The notes under the pieces are model-generated. The model ran no database searches and had not been told where the DNA came from. It saw only the letters and a program-made list of their open reading frames with translations. Source: Synechococcus sp. AG-683-C23 (GTDB lineage: Bacteria; Cyanobacteriota; Cyanobacteriia; PCC-6307; Cyanobiaceae). From it: 64,000 nucleotides of DNA. Within the stretch, counting starts at the first letter, position 1, and each line of letters starts with the position of its first letter. Both the position numbers and the translations under genes were made by a program. The stretch lies in NCBI GenBank assembly GCA_003208835.1, contig QCVD01000002.1, forward strand, positions 4,217 to 68,216. The letters are read 5' to 3'. Shown piece after piece: positions 55,219-64,000 of this stretch.

Positions 55219-56550
55219 TTAAGCCTGCGCCGGCAGTTCGCCGCCATGGCTCGTCTTCGCCCAAACCAATCGCTTCGGGAGAACAGCCATCCGCAATGTC
55301 ACCCAGGGAATCACCACAAACCAATGGCCGAGATACGTAATCGCCACCAGCAAATTCCACAGACCTGGAGATGGAATGGATGGGCCCAGGTTTGTGCCAC
55401 GACAACCGCGTAGGTAGGCCAGTGCAGACACACTGAACGCCACAATCGACAAGGGCCAATAGGTGGGTGCAGTGCGCGTGATCACACTGGTGCTCAAGTC
55501 AGCAAAAGACACCACTGGCAAGCCGTACTGGAGCAGGAAAAAACAGGCTAAATCCCAACGCTGACGAGCACTGAGTTGAGACGAGGTCAGCGTTGGCCAG
55601 TAATCAAAAAATCGCTGAAGACCTCCTTCTGCCCAGCGTTGCCGCTGCTTCCACAGCGCCGACAAGCCTGGAACCGCCTCCTCCTGGACCGGTGGATCCC
55701 AAAGGATTCCCACGAGGGCGCCATGAGTCAACAATCGAAAACTGAGATCTAGATCGTCGGTGACGGTGTCTTCGTTGAAACCTCCACTGGCCTCCAACAC
55801 CGAACGTTTGATCAACTGACCATTCCCCCGCAATTCCACAACCCCACCACCCGTCAGACGACCCGTCTGAATCACAGCATCCAGAGCCATCTCCATCGCT
55901 TGAGATCGCGTCAGCCAGTTGCGGTCGGCGTCCATCACTGCTTTGCGCAGCTGAACCGCCGACCACCCGCCACTAAGGGCATACGGAACGAGTCGTTCGA
56001 GAAGATCGTCCTGCAATTGCGCATCTGCATCCAGAACCAACAGCCACTCGCCTTTGAGCTGGGCCAAGGCCGTGTTCAGCGCTCCAGACTTGCCGCCACC
56101 AGCATCTCGAAGCCGGTGAATCACGTTCAAGCTTGGATAATTCTCAGTAAGAGCATCAAGCAGGGCAGGGGTCCGATCAAGGCTTCCATCGTCGATGACC
56201 CAAGTGGACAGCCGATCAGCCGGATAGCGCAGAGCAGTCAGCCGCTCAACCAAGCGAGCGACCACAGCTTCTTCATCACGGGCTGCCACCACCACATCGA
56301 GCGTGGGGAACTCTCCAACCGGTAAAGATGCAGAAGTTGCCGAACCCTGAGTACTTGGTCCTCGCGACAACTCAGCTCGCAGCACGGTGCGAAGGGCATA
56401 GCCACCAAGCATCAGCGCAAGGCTTATGGCTGGCCAGAGTGAGCGGGCGGAATCAAGCCAATGTGGTGCTGCACCAGCACAGCCACATGCGAACAAAAAG
56501 GCTGCAGACTTCGCCCTGCGGTGATCACCAGTCGCAGCGGTTGACGTCAT
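55219..56550 (-). CDS. mgdA: Membrane GT2 glycosyltransferase, probably monoglucosyldiacylglycerol synthase
   Basis: DDGS, GGKSGALN, DADA, TDDLD, QRQRW with flanking TM helices. The MgdA assignment rests on the recalled ELRGNGQ and AEGG-QR motifs. Confidence 0.7.
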   Translation of the reverse strand: MTSTAATGDHRRAKSAAFLFACGCAGAAPHWLDSARSLWPAISLALMLGGYALRTVLRAELSRGPSTQGSATSASLPVGEFPTLDVVVAARDEEAVVARLVERLTALRYPADRLSTWVIDDGSLDRTPALLDALTENYPSLNVIHRLRDAGGGKSGALNTALAQLKGEWLLVLDADAQLQDDLLERLVPYALSGGWSAVQLRKAVMDADRNWLTRSQAMEMALDAVIQTGRLTGGGVVELRGNGQLIKRSVLEASGGFNEDTVTDDLDLSFRLLTHGALVGILWDPPVQEEAVPGLSALWKQRQRWAEGGLQRFFDYWPTLTSSQLSARQRWDLACFFLLQYGLPVVSFADLSTSVITRTAPTYWPLSIVAFSVSALAYLRGCRGTNLGPSIPSPGLWNLLVAITYLGHWFVVIPWVTLRMAVLPKRLVWAKTSHGGELPAQA

Positions 56551-56583
56551 GCACCGATCTAGGTGGAGATGACTCTAAGGGGA

Positions 56584-58107
56584 CTACACACCACCGGGGA
56601 GAGGTCCGTAGACAGTCCCCGGGTAGTAATGACTCAGGATCCGTTCTGTGGACCATCCCCGCCAGGCCAAATCAATGGCCCCTGACTGAGACAAGCCTGC
56701 GCCGTGGCCAAAACCACCACCCTGGATCAGCCAGCGATCCAATCCCTGGGGCTCAATCACAAACAAGGTGCTGGGCAAACGGCGCAAGGTGCGTCGAATG
56801 CGATCCAAGCGCAAAACAACAGGCTCCGCCTCATCGGAACCGGCAATCTGCAACGCCAAGACGCGTCCACTCTTACCCCGCTGCAAAGCGTTCAACTGCA
56901 ACGGTGATTGCAAGGCCTGAGCCGGAGCACCAATGGACTGGCGGATTTCATCCGCCGTAATCACACGACTCCAACGAAACAAGGGATGTTGGGCTCCATA
57001 GGCTCCAGCGAGGTCGATCAGCAAAGACGACACTTTTTGGGGCTGTTGCAGCGGAATGGCATGGCGCTGCCTCCAACCCTCATCTCCATCGACCTTCGCC
57101 ACTAAGTAAGGCTGGGGCTGCATGGCCCAAGCTTCAGGGCCAGCGGCCATCACACCACCATTTGTGGCGTGATACACGGCACTAATCGGACGTCCAGCAC
57201 GACTGAGCAATCGGCCTCTAGTGGCTGCAATCGCTTGCCGAACCGCAGCCCCTGCCAAGCGCGGATCGCTGTACACCTGGCATTGGGTATCGCTGCAAAG
57301 GTGATAGCCATCAATGTTGAATCGATGGCTGTTAGCCAAGGCCCAGGTCCGAGCCAACACCGTCTGAGCTTCCAAGGCCGAAACAGGTGATGAGGCGCCA
57401 ATTTCATGGGGCACCACCCCTTCGAGATAACGCTCAATAGCAACCTGTTCAATCAGTGTCCAACTGCCATAGGCATCTCGCTGAAGACGGAGCGGTCCAC
57501 GGAACACACCACGGTTCCAACGCAATCCATCGGGGGCTGTGATTTTCAGAGGGCCCTTGATGGGTTGCAAACCCTCAGAGGTATCCAAGATCGGTTCGAC
57601 CGTGGCATGAACACGACGTGTCCAGTCCCGTACAGCAGTCCCCTTAGGGGCAATCGAACCCTGAGGAGCCCAAACCTCCCACTCATTGGGGTGGGCAACA
57701 GACGTCGTCACTCCCAGCGCCCGCCAACGCTGGGCCAGGCGCTCCGCCGATTCGAAACTCGCAAACGGGCCTGCGATCCGTCGCGCCAGCGTCAACGGAT
57801 TGGGCAAGGCCACCGATTCCCAGCGCACGGTGAAACTGGCAGCCTTCCAACTTCGGCCAGCACCGTCTTCAAGCGTTAGCGGAGCGCCTGCGCTGGAGAG
57901 CCGCAGCGGCATCGCCGCTGGATGTGAACCGAGATGATCCTCGAGCCCCACCCACAGAACGGGCTCCGCCCGCGACAACTGCGGAGGGCGTGGCACCGAG
58001 AGATGGGTGGCCGGAGCGGATGTTGATTGTGGGGGTGCAGCCAGCTCCCTAGCCCCACAGCCGGAGGTGAGGCCGAGAAGCATCGATAGCGACAACAGCC
58101 GATTCAT
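56584..58107 (-). CDS. SpoIID/LytB domain protein
   Basis: [43 protein letters not shown]; lipoprotein-like N-terminus. Confidence 0.93.
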   Translation of the reverse strand: MNRLLSLSMLLGLTSGCGARELAAPPQSTSAPATHLSVPRPPQLSRAEPVLWVGLEDHLGSHPAAMPLRLSSAGAPLTLEDGAGRSWKAASFTVRWESVALPNPLTLARRIAGPFASFESAERLAQRWRALGVTTSVAHPNEWEVWAPQGSIAPKGTAVRDWTRRVHATVEPILDTSEGLQPIKGPLKITAPDGLRWNRGVFRGPLRLQRDAYGSWTLIEQVAIERYLEGVVPHEIGASSPVSALEAQTVLARTWALANSHRFNIDGYHLCSDTQCQVYSDPRLAGAAVRQAIAATRGRLLSRAGRPISAVYHATNGGVMAAGPEAWAMQPQPYLVAKVDGDEGWRQRHAIPLQQPQKVSSLLIDLAGAYGAQHPLFRWSRVITADEIRQSIGAPAQALQSPLQLNALQRGKSGRVLALQIAGSDEAEPVVLRLDRIRRTLRRLPSTLFVIEPQGLDRWLIQGGGFGHGAGLSQSGAIDLAWRGWSTERILSHYYPGTVYGPLPGGV

Positions 58108-58164
58108 CAAAAAAAGGAGCACCGGGACGTATTGTTGTTGTTTGTGCCTCGTTCGAGCAGATCA

Positions 58165-58362
58165 ATGCCCAAGCTGAAGACCCGCAAAGCTGCCGCCAAG
58201 CGGTTCAAAGCAACAGGCACTGGCAAGTTCATGCGTCGTCGCGCCTTTCACAACCACCTGCTGGACCACAAAACTCCGAAGCAGAAACGTCACCTCGGCA
58301 CCAAGGCCGTTGTTGATCGCACCGATGTTGAGCGCGTCACATTGATGATGCCCTACGCCTGA
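58165..58362 (+). CDS. rpmI: 50S ribosomal protein L35
   Basis: [21 protein letters not shown]. Confidence 0.98.
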   Translation: MPKLKTRKAAAKRFKATGTGKFMRRRAFHNHLLDHKTPKQKRHLGTKAVVDRTDVERVTLMMPYA

Positions 58363-58415
58363 GCTGAGACGCTCACGCCCACTGTTCGCTTCACCTGATC
58401 TAATTTTTTTCCTGT

Positions 58416-58763
58416 ATGGCTCGCGTTAAGAGAGGCAACGTCGCCCGCAAGCGCCGCAATAAAATCCTGAGGCTTGCTCGCGGCTTCCGCGGCGGCAATG
58501 GCACCCAGTTCCGCACCGCAAACCAGCGGGTTATGAAGGCGCTCTGCAACGCCTACCGCGATCGTCGTCGTCGCAAGCGCGACTTCCGTCGTTTGTGGAT
58601 TGCACGAATCAATGCAGCTGCACGCATGAATGGCGTGAGCTACAGCCGTTTGATTGGTGGCCTGAAAAAAGCTGACATCCGCATCAACCGCAAAATGCTC
58701 GCGCAATTGGCAGTCGTAGATCCCGCCAGTTTCACGACTGTGGTGACTTCAGCGAAGAGCTAA
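58416..58763 (+). CDS. rplT: 50S ribosomal protein L20
   Basis: MARVKRG...[15 protein letters not shown]...NRKML. Confidence 0.99.
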   Translation: MARVKRGNVARKRRNKILRLARGFRGGNGTQFRTANQRVMKALCNAYRDRRRRKRDFRRLWIARINAAARMNGVSYSRLIGGLKKADIRINRKMLAQLAVVDPASFTTVVTSAKS

Positions 58764-58772
58764 TTCAAATCT

Positions 58773-59288
58773 GTGAATTTGCTGCCCCAGACCTATCTGC
58801 TGGGCCTGGTCGGCCTGCTCACCGTTGTCGCGGTGGTCGTAGGCCGACAGCTCCTTCGCGTTCGTCGCGATGAGTCACGCTTTGTTCAACTCGAACAAGC
58901 TGGCACTTCAGCCTCCCGGCAATCTGCAGACCTGTATGAGCTGGGTTCTGTTCAGTTACGAAAACGTCTCTACCCCCAAGCTGCAGCGACGCTCAAGCAG
59001 GCCTTAAAAAGACTGAGCGACGAGCCCAATGAGGCTCGAGCTTTGATCGAAAATGCCCTTGGCTTTGCTTTGGCGGCACAAAAGGATTACGACGGTGCAA
59101 TCAAGCATTACAAATTGGCTCTTAGGGCCAAAGATAATTATCCAGTAGCAATTAATAATCTTGCTTTTGCACAAGAAAAACTTCTTAAATACGAAGAAGC
59201 GATAAAACTTTATAAGAAAACATTAGAGCTTGAACCAGATAATTCAATAGCCAAAAAAGGCATCAAAAAACTCGAAAAACGCTCGTAA
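58773..59288 (+). CDS. ycf37: TPR membrane protein, Ycf37-like (PSI assembly)
   Basis: One N-terminal TM helix followed by three TPR motifs. Confidence 0.72.
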   Translation: MNLLPQTYLLGLVGLLTVVAVVVGRQLLRVRRDESRFVQLEQAGTSASRQSADLYELGSVQLRKRLYPQAAATLKQALKRLSDEPNEARALIENALGFALAAQKDYDGAIKHYKLALRAKDNYPVAINNLAFAQEKLLKYEEAIKLYKKTLELEPDNSIAKKGIKKLEKRS

Positions 59289-59309
59289 TTACTCTCTAAA
59301 GTTACAGCT

Positions 59310-59864
59310 TTACCAAAGCGATTGAATCGGCATCTCGTCCTGACAAGAGCTGGTGAGCGCCAAACGACCACCTAACCCAGAGCTCGAGTCCACATTGTTG
59401 ATCAAGCGTGGAGATTGCCAACCCGTTGGGCTAAATCCCTGCAACCCCAGAAAAACCCCACCAGGTTCCACACCAGCAATCAATTGATCACTCAAGGGAA
59501 TCAAATCAAGTTGATCCGACTTGGCATGAAGATTGCCTTGCACCGGAGTCGTGACAGATCCCAGCGTCATCATTCCCCGCAAATCAACGATCTGACCAAT
59601 CGCCTTGAGATCTGATAAGCCCAGCGTCACATCTACCGTTGGGGATCCATCAAAGGGTTGATACGTGCCACACCATTGACGGGGAAGAGTCGAAACAAGA
59701 TCAGCGGCCCGAGCAACAGGATCAAAGCTCTCCACTTGCTTCTGATCCACTTCAATGGGAATCGCCAATTGAATCGGATCCAGCGGAAGTTGTGGATTGG
59801 TTTGAAACGGAACCTGACTGCCAACAGGTAGATCCATGGCAAGCAGGAAGGGCATGGAAGACAA
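59310..59864 (-). CDS. Hypothetical protein
   Basis: 184-aa ORF filling the gap between ycf37 and thiG. Confidence 0.65.
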   Translation of the reverse strand: MSSMPFLLAMDLPVGSQVPFQTNPQLPLDPIQLAIPIEVDQKQVESFDPVARAADLVSTLPRQWCGTYQPFDGSPTVDVTLGLSDLKAIGQIVDLRGMMTLGSVTTPVQGNLHAKSDQLDLIPLSDQLIAGVEPGGVFLGLQGFSPTGWQSPRLINNVDSSSGLGGRLALTSSCQDEMPIQSLW

Positions 59865-59906
59865 GAGATGATGGATTAAAGGTAGGCCCTTTTGCTCAGA
59901 CGCGTC

Positions 59907-60728
59907 ATGTTTTCCACCTCCAACGGATCTGACCCCTTGACCATCGGCGGACGCCTGTTTGGTTGCCGCTTATTGACAGGTACAGGTAAGTACCCATCTA
60001 TCGACTCCATGCAACGCAGCATTGAGCGGTCCGCTTGCGAGATGGTGACCGTGGCCGTACGCCGGGTTCAAACAGGAGCCGCCGGACATGCTGGACTAAT
60101 GGAAGCCATCGACTGGTCGCGGATCTGGATGCTTCCCAACACGGCGGGATGCACCAATGCCGAGGAAGCCATTCGCGTCGCGCGACTGGGGCGAGAACTC
60201 GCCAAATTGGCCGGCCAAGAGGACAACAACTTCATCAAGTTGGAGGTCATTCCAGACAGCCGACACCTGTTACCCGATCCGATAGGAACGCTTCAAGCCG
60301 CCGAAGCCCTTGTCAAAGAGGGATTCACAGTTCTTCCTTACATCAATGCAGATCCTCTACTTGCACAGCGTTTGGAAGAAGTGGGTTGCGCCACAGTGAT
60401 GCCCCTCGGCTCCCCCATCGGTTCAGGGCAAGGGCTCAACAACGCCTCCAACATCGCCTTAATCATTGAAAACGCGACGGTTCCTGTGGTCGTTGATGCA
60501 GGGATCGGCGTCCCCAGCGAGGCCGCCCAAGCCATGGAAATGGGAGCCGATGCCGTTCTGGTTAACAGCGCGATCGCCATGGCAGGTGATCCCCCAGCCA
60601 TGGCTGATGCCATGGGCAGAGCGGTCATCGCTGGTCGGATCGCTTACCGCTCAGGCCGCCTGCCACGCCGCAACCAAGCCTCCGCCAGCTCACCGACCAC
60701 AGGACTGATCTCAGGTAAAGACAAATGA
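59907..60728 (+). CDS. thiG: Thiazole synthase
   Basis: [39 protein letters not shown]. Confidence 0.98.
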   Translation: MFSTSNGSDPLTIGGRLFGCRLLTGTGKYPSIDSMQRSIERSACEMVTVAVRRVQTGAAGHAGLMEAIDWSRIWMLPNTAGCTNAEEAIRVARLGRELAKLAGQEDNNFIKLEVIPDSRHLLPDPIGTLQAAEALVKEGFTVLPYINADPLLAQRLEEVGCATVMPLGSPIGSGQGLNNASNIALIIENATVPVVVDAGIGVPSEAAQAMEMGADAVLVNSAIAMAGDPPAMADAMGRAVIAGRIAYRSGRLPRRNQASASSPTTGLISGKDK

Positions 60729-60805
60729 AGGGAGATCAAGCCTGCTTCACAAACCAAGTCGGTAAGCAATTGAACTCATAAGGTCCGGGCAATCACATTG
60801 GATCC

Positions 60806-60979
60806 ATGCAGGTCACCACGGAAGACGGCGGTCTTTTGAACGCTTTTGCCAAAGAGCCCCGCATGGAAGTGATGGATCAAAACACCAGCAGAGACCGCAA
60901 TCGCAGCTCTCTGATGATGCTCATCGGCGGTTCCATCCTCGTGACTGGGCTCATTGCATTAACGGTGGCCATCAGCTGA
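60806..60979 (+). CDS. psb34: Psb34 / Ssl1498-family small membrane protein, 57 aa, absent from the ORF track
   Basis: MQVTTEDGGLLNAFAKEPRM followed by one C-terminal TM helix; the G-x-LN-x-FA-x-EP motif is characteristic. Confidence 0.85.
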   Translation: MQVTTEDGGLLNAFAKEPRMEVMDQNTSRDRNRSSLMMLIGGSILVTGLIALTVAIS

Positions 60980-61054
60980 CCAAACACGAGCAAAAAAATC
61001 CCTGTAGTAGCTTGCCTCCACTGAGCGTTTTGCTCGTCCCGGCAGGAGTTTGGA

Positions 61055-62251
61055 GTGAAGGTTCTCGTTCTCGGCGGTGACGGCTTCTGCGGCTGGCCCT
61101 GTGCTGTGAACTTGGCGGATCAAGGCCATGAGGTCTTGATCGTGGATAACCTCAGCCGTCGCAAGATCGACGTCGATCTGGAGGTTGACTCCCTAACGCC
61201 GATCACCAGCATCGGACAGCGACTTCTGACATGGGAAGAGATCGGTGGCAAGCCGATGCGATTCATCCATATGGACGTCGCGCACGAATATCAGCGCTTG
61301 CTCGATCTCCTGCGGGATGAGAAACCAAACTCCGTTGTTCACTTCGCCGAACAGCGTGCTGCGCCCTACTCGATGAAGAGCAGCGCCACCAAGCGCTACA
61401 CCGTTGATAACAACGTCAACGGCACCCACAACCTGCTTGCCGCCATCGTCGAGTCCGGTCTCGATATTCATGTGGTGCACCTCGGCACGATGGGCGTCTA
61501 TGGCTATGGATCCCACCGTGGGGCAACCATTCCAGAGGGTTATCTGAAGGTGGAAGTTCCTCAACCGGATGGCAGCCGGTTTGAAGAAGAAATCCTTCAC
61601 CCGGCGAGCCCGGGAAGCGTCTATCACATGACCAAGACGCTGGATCAACTGCTTTTCCTCTACTACAACAAAAACGACAAAGTTCGGATCACAGATCTGC
61701 ACCAAGGCATTGTCTGGGGCACCAATACCGAAGCGACAGACCGCGATCCACGCCTAACCAATCGCTTCGACTACGACGGCGACTACGGCACGGTGCTGAA
61801 CCGCTTCCTGATGCAGGCTGCAATCGGCTATCCACTCACCGTGCATGGCACCGGTGGCCAAACCCGAGCCTTCATTCACATCCGAGACTCAGTGAAATGC
61901 GTACAGATTGCGCTCGACAATCCTCCTGAACAAGGAGAGCGAGTCAAAATTTTCAACCAAATGACGGAGAGTCATCAGGTGGGTGAGCTCGCCAACAAGG
62001 TTGCCGCTTTAACCGGGGCCAAGGTGAACAACCTGCCCAATCCTCGTAATGAGGCGGTCGAAAACGATTTGATCGTTGATAACCGCTGCTTTATCGAACT
62101 CGGGCTGAATCCCACCACCCTTGACGATGGACTGCTGAAAGAAGTGGTGGAGATTGCAACCCGGTACTCCGACCGCTGCGATCGCAACCGGATCCTTTGC
62201 ACCTCCGCTTGGACCAAAGACCAAGCCAAGGCCATCGGCAACGCCTCCTAA
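61055..62251 (+). CDS. sqdB: UDP-sulfoquinovose synthase
   Basis: GGDGFCGW, HFAEQRAAPYSM, LGTMGVYG, YHMTK, TDLHQGIVWG. Confidence 0.97.
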   Translation: MKVLVLGGDGFCGWPCAVNLADQGHEVLIVDNLSRRKIDVDLEVDSLTPITSIGQRLLTWEEIGGKPMRFIHMDVAHEYQRLLDLLRDEKPNSVVHFAEQRAAPYSMKSSATKRYTVDNNVNGTHNLLAAIVESGLDIHVVHLGTMGVYGYGSHRGATIPEGYLKVEVPQPDGSRFEEEILHPASPGSVYHMTKTLDQLLFLYYNKNDKVRITDLHQGIVWGTNTEATDRDPRLTNRFDYDGDYGTVLNRFLMQAAIGYPLTVHGTGGQTRAFIHIRDSVKCVQIALDNPPEQGERVKIFNQMTESHQVGELANKVAALTGAKVNNLPNPRNEAVENDLIVDNRCFIELGLNPTTLDDGLLKEVVEIATRYSDRCDRNRILCTSAWTKDQAKAIGNAS

Positions 62252-62265
62252 ATCAGGCCACTCCA

Positions 62266-63414
62266 TTGAAAATCGCCTTTTTCACCGAAACTTTCCTGCC
62301 CAAGGTCGATGGCATCGTCACCCGGCTCACCAAAACGGTGAAACACCTGGTTGATGCCGGCGATGAGGTGGTGGTGTTTTGCCCTGAAGGCTGTCCAGAT
62401 GAATACATGGGAGCTCGCTTAATCGGCGTTCCAGCCATGCCTTTACCGCTCTATCCCGAGCTCAAGTTGGCCTTGCCGCGACCCGCCGTTTCGGACGCCA
62501 TCGACACGTTCAAACCAGACCTGATTCATGTGGTGAATCCTGCTGTGCTGGGGTTAGGCGGAATCTGGTTGGCCAAGACGAAAAATATCCCCTTGATCGC
62601 TAGCTATCACACCCATCTGCCGAAATACCTTGAGCACTACGGCATGGGCATGCTCGAACCCTTGCTCTGGGAATTACTGAAGGCCGCTCACAACCAAGCC
62701 CTCCTGAACCTGTGCACCTCCACGGCGATGGTGCAAGAACTCAGCGATAAAGGTATCCAACACACAGCGCTCTGGCAGCGTGGAGTCGATACAGAGCTCT
62801 TCCGTCCTGCCCTTCGAAGAGATGCCATGCGGCAACGTCTGTTGGGACGCCATGACGATCGTGGGGCCCTGCTGCTCTACGTCGGGCGACTGTCAGCAGA
62901 GAAGCAGATCGAACGCATTCGTCCCGTGCTCGAAGCTCTACCCGATACCCGCCTTGCTCTTGTTGGCGACGGACCCCATCGCCAACAACTTGAAAAGCAC
63001 TTTGACGGCACAGCTACCACCTTTGTGGGTTACCTGGCAGGCGAAGAATTAGCGGGGGCTTACGCCAGTGGCGATGCTTTTCTCTTCCCCTCCTGCACAG
63101 AAACCCTTGGACTGGTGCTGCTTGAGGCCATGGCAGCCGGCTGTCCAGTCGTGGGTGCCAACCGAGGAGGCATTCCCGACATCATTTCGGACGGCATCAA
63201 CGGTTGTCTCTACGAACCGGATGGGGTCGACGGTGGTGCGGCAAGCTTGATTCAGGCCACGAAACGTTTACTGGGCAACGACTTAGAACGTCAGGCGCTG
63301 AGAACTGCTGCACGGTCCGAAGCCGAGCGCTGGGGCTGGGCTGGAGCCACCCAACAACTGCGGGGCTATTACCGCGACGTTCTCAGCCAAGGAACGCTGA
63401 GCGCTGCTGCCTGA
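62266..63414 (+). CDS. sqdX: Sulfoquinovosyltransferase (GT4)
   Basis: KIAFFTETFLPKVDGIVTRL, YVGRL, ETLGLVLLEAMA; follows sqdB. Confidence 0.95.
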   Translation: MKIAFFTETFLPKVDGIVTRLTKTVKHLVDAGDEVVVFCPEGCPDEYMGARLIGVPAMPLPLYPELKLALPRPAVSDAIDTFKPDLIHVVNPAVLGLGGIWLAKTKNIPLIASYHTHLPKYLEHYGMGMLEPLLWELLKAAHNQALLNLCTSTAMVQELSDKGIQHTALWQRGVDTELFRPALRRDAMRQRLLGRHDDRGALLLYVGRLSAEKQIERIRPVLEALPDTRLALVGDGPHRQQLEKHFDGTATTFVGYLAGEELAGAYASGDAFLFPSCTETLGLVLLEAMAAGCPVVGANRGGIPDIISDGINGCLYEPDGVDGGAASLIQATKRLLGNDLERQALRTAARSEAERWGWAGATQQLRGYYRDVLSQGTLSAAA

Positions 63415-63429
63415 AGCCAGCAAAACATC

Positions 63430-63463
63430 AAAAAACTGGACCGAGCCCTTGGCTCAGTCTTTC
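63430..63463. terminator. Possible bidirectional terminator between sqdX and mrdA
   Basis: A run, then GACCGAGCC-ctt-GGCTCAGTC (8/9 stem), then a short T run. Confidence 0.4.
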
Positions 63464-64000
63464 TGCCGCGATTGTTCCCAAGCGCCAAGAACTTTCTTCG
63501 CCATCGGCAACGCATGAACGGAACCACCTCCTGGTGTGTTCTGGGCGAATGCCACAACAACAATTTTGCCGTCGGGATATGGGGCATAACAGCCAAACCA
63601 GGCATGGTCTGGACCACCGGTGCTGTCTTCGGCCGTACCCGTTTTTCCTGCAGCAGGGGGAATCCCTGGGCCGTTCAAGCCATAGCCCGTGCCATCTTCC
63701 ACCACCTTGCGCAGACCCTTTCTGATCGTGTTCAAAGTTGATGGCTTCATCAGAACCGCACTCCGGTACTGGGGAGCCATCCAATCGATCTCCCCCTTTG
63801 CCAGATGCGGTGTGACCAACCAACCACCATTGGCAAACACGGCATAGGCGCGGGCCAATTGCAGCGGCGTGATCTGCACCACCGACTGACCGATGGACGC
63901 ACTAGCCATATCTTCTGGGATCCAAGGAGTACTGCCAGGATCAGCCCAGCCACGACCTTTAGCCGCCCAATCTTCATCACCGACGAGACCCACACTCTCT
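63454..64000 (-). CDS. mrdA: Penicillin-binding protein 2, 3' part (runs off the window)
   Basis: SIGQ, TPLQL, ANGG, GKTGTAE (KTG motif), HAWF. Confidence 0.9.
   Translation of the reverse strand, partial: ESVGLVGDEDWAAKGRGWADPGSTPWIPEDMASASIGQSVVQITPLQLARAYAVFANGGWLVTPHLAKGEIDWMAPQYRSAVLMKPSTLNTIRKGLRKVVEDGTGYGLNGPGIPPAAGKTGTAEDSTGGPDHAWFGCYAPYPDGKIVVVAFAQNTPGGGSVHALPMAKKVLGAWEQSRQKD

Noticed and set aside
61055-63414. sqdB/sqdX and cysE as sulfur suppliers to the sulfotransferases
   Set aside because: Sulfotransferases use PAPS, whereas SqdB uses sulfite and CysE makes O-acetylserine. These are core genes and proximity is not evidence of a link.

Overview
64 kb of a marine picocyanobacterial chromosome. 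Gene content and order suggest Synechococcus subcluster 5.1; this is an inference, not a database result. The backbone is housekeeping genes: a group 2 sigma factor, mgtE, gpx, two crcB, gyrB, miaA, infC, a GntR regulator, cysE, secA, tRNA-Gly, ribH, psbZ, mutS, uvrB, tilS, cobH, holA, lysC, rnj, dapA, asd, tig, clpP, clpX, dnaX, rpmI, rplT, thiG, sqdB, sqdX and mrdA. It is interrupted by small, often AT-rich islets devoted to cell-surface chemistry. The central accessory gene is an intact 771-aa RTX-repeat, SwmA/S-layer-like protein beside tRNA-Gly. Around it are seven sulfotransferase-like genes (two of them pseudogenes) and glycosyltransferases of families best known from animal glycan antigens (GT6/ABO-type, GT31-like, GT32). 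The cysE-secA interval holds a tandem scar: a diverged second copy of the cysE 3' end, two separately deleted GT6 copies, and a different glycosyltransferase in each unit. Most accessory genes sit directly behind the 3' end of a core gene. I saw no integrase, transposase or CRISPR array. All assignments come from motif recognition by eye, and some start codons were adjusted from the ORF track.
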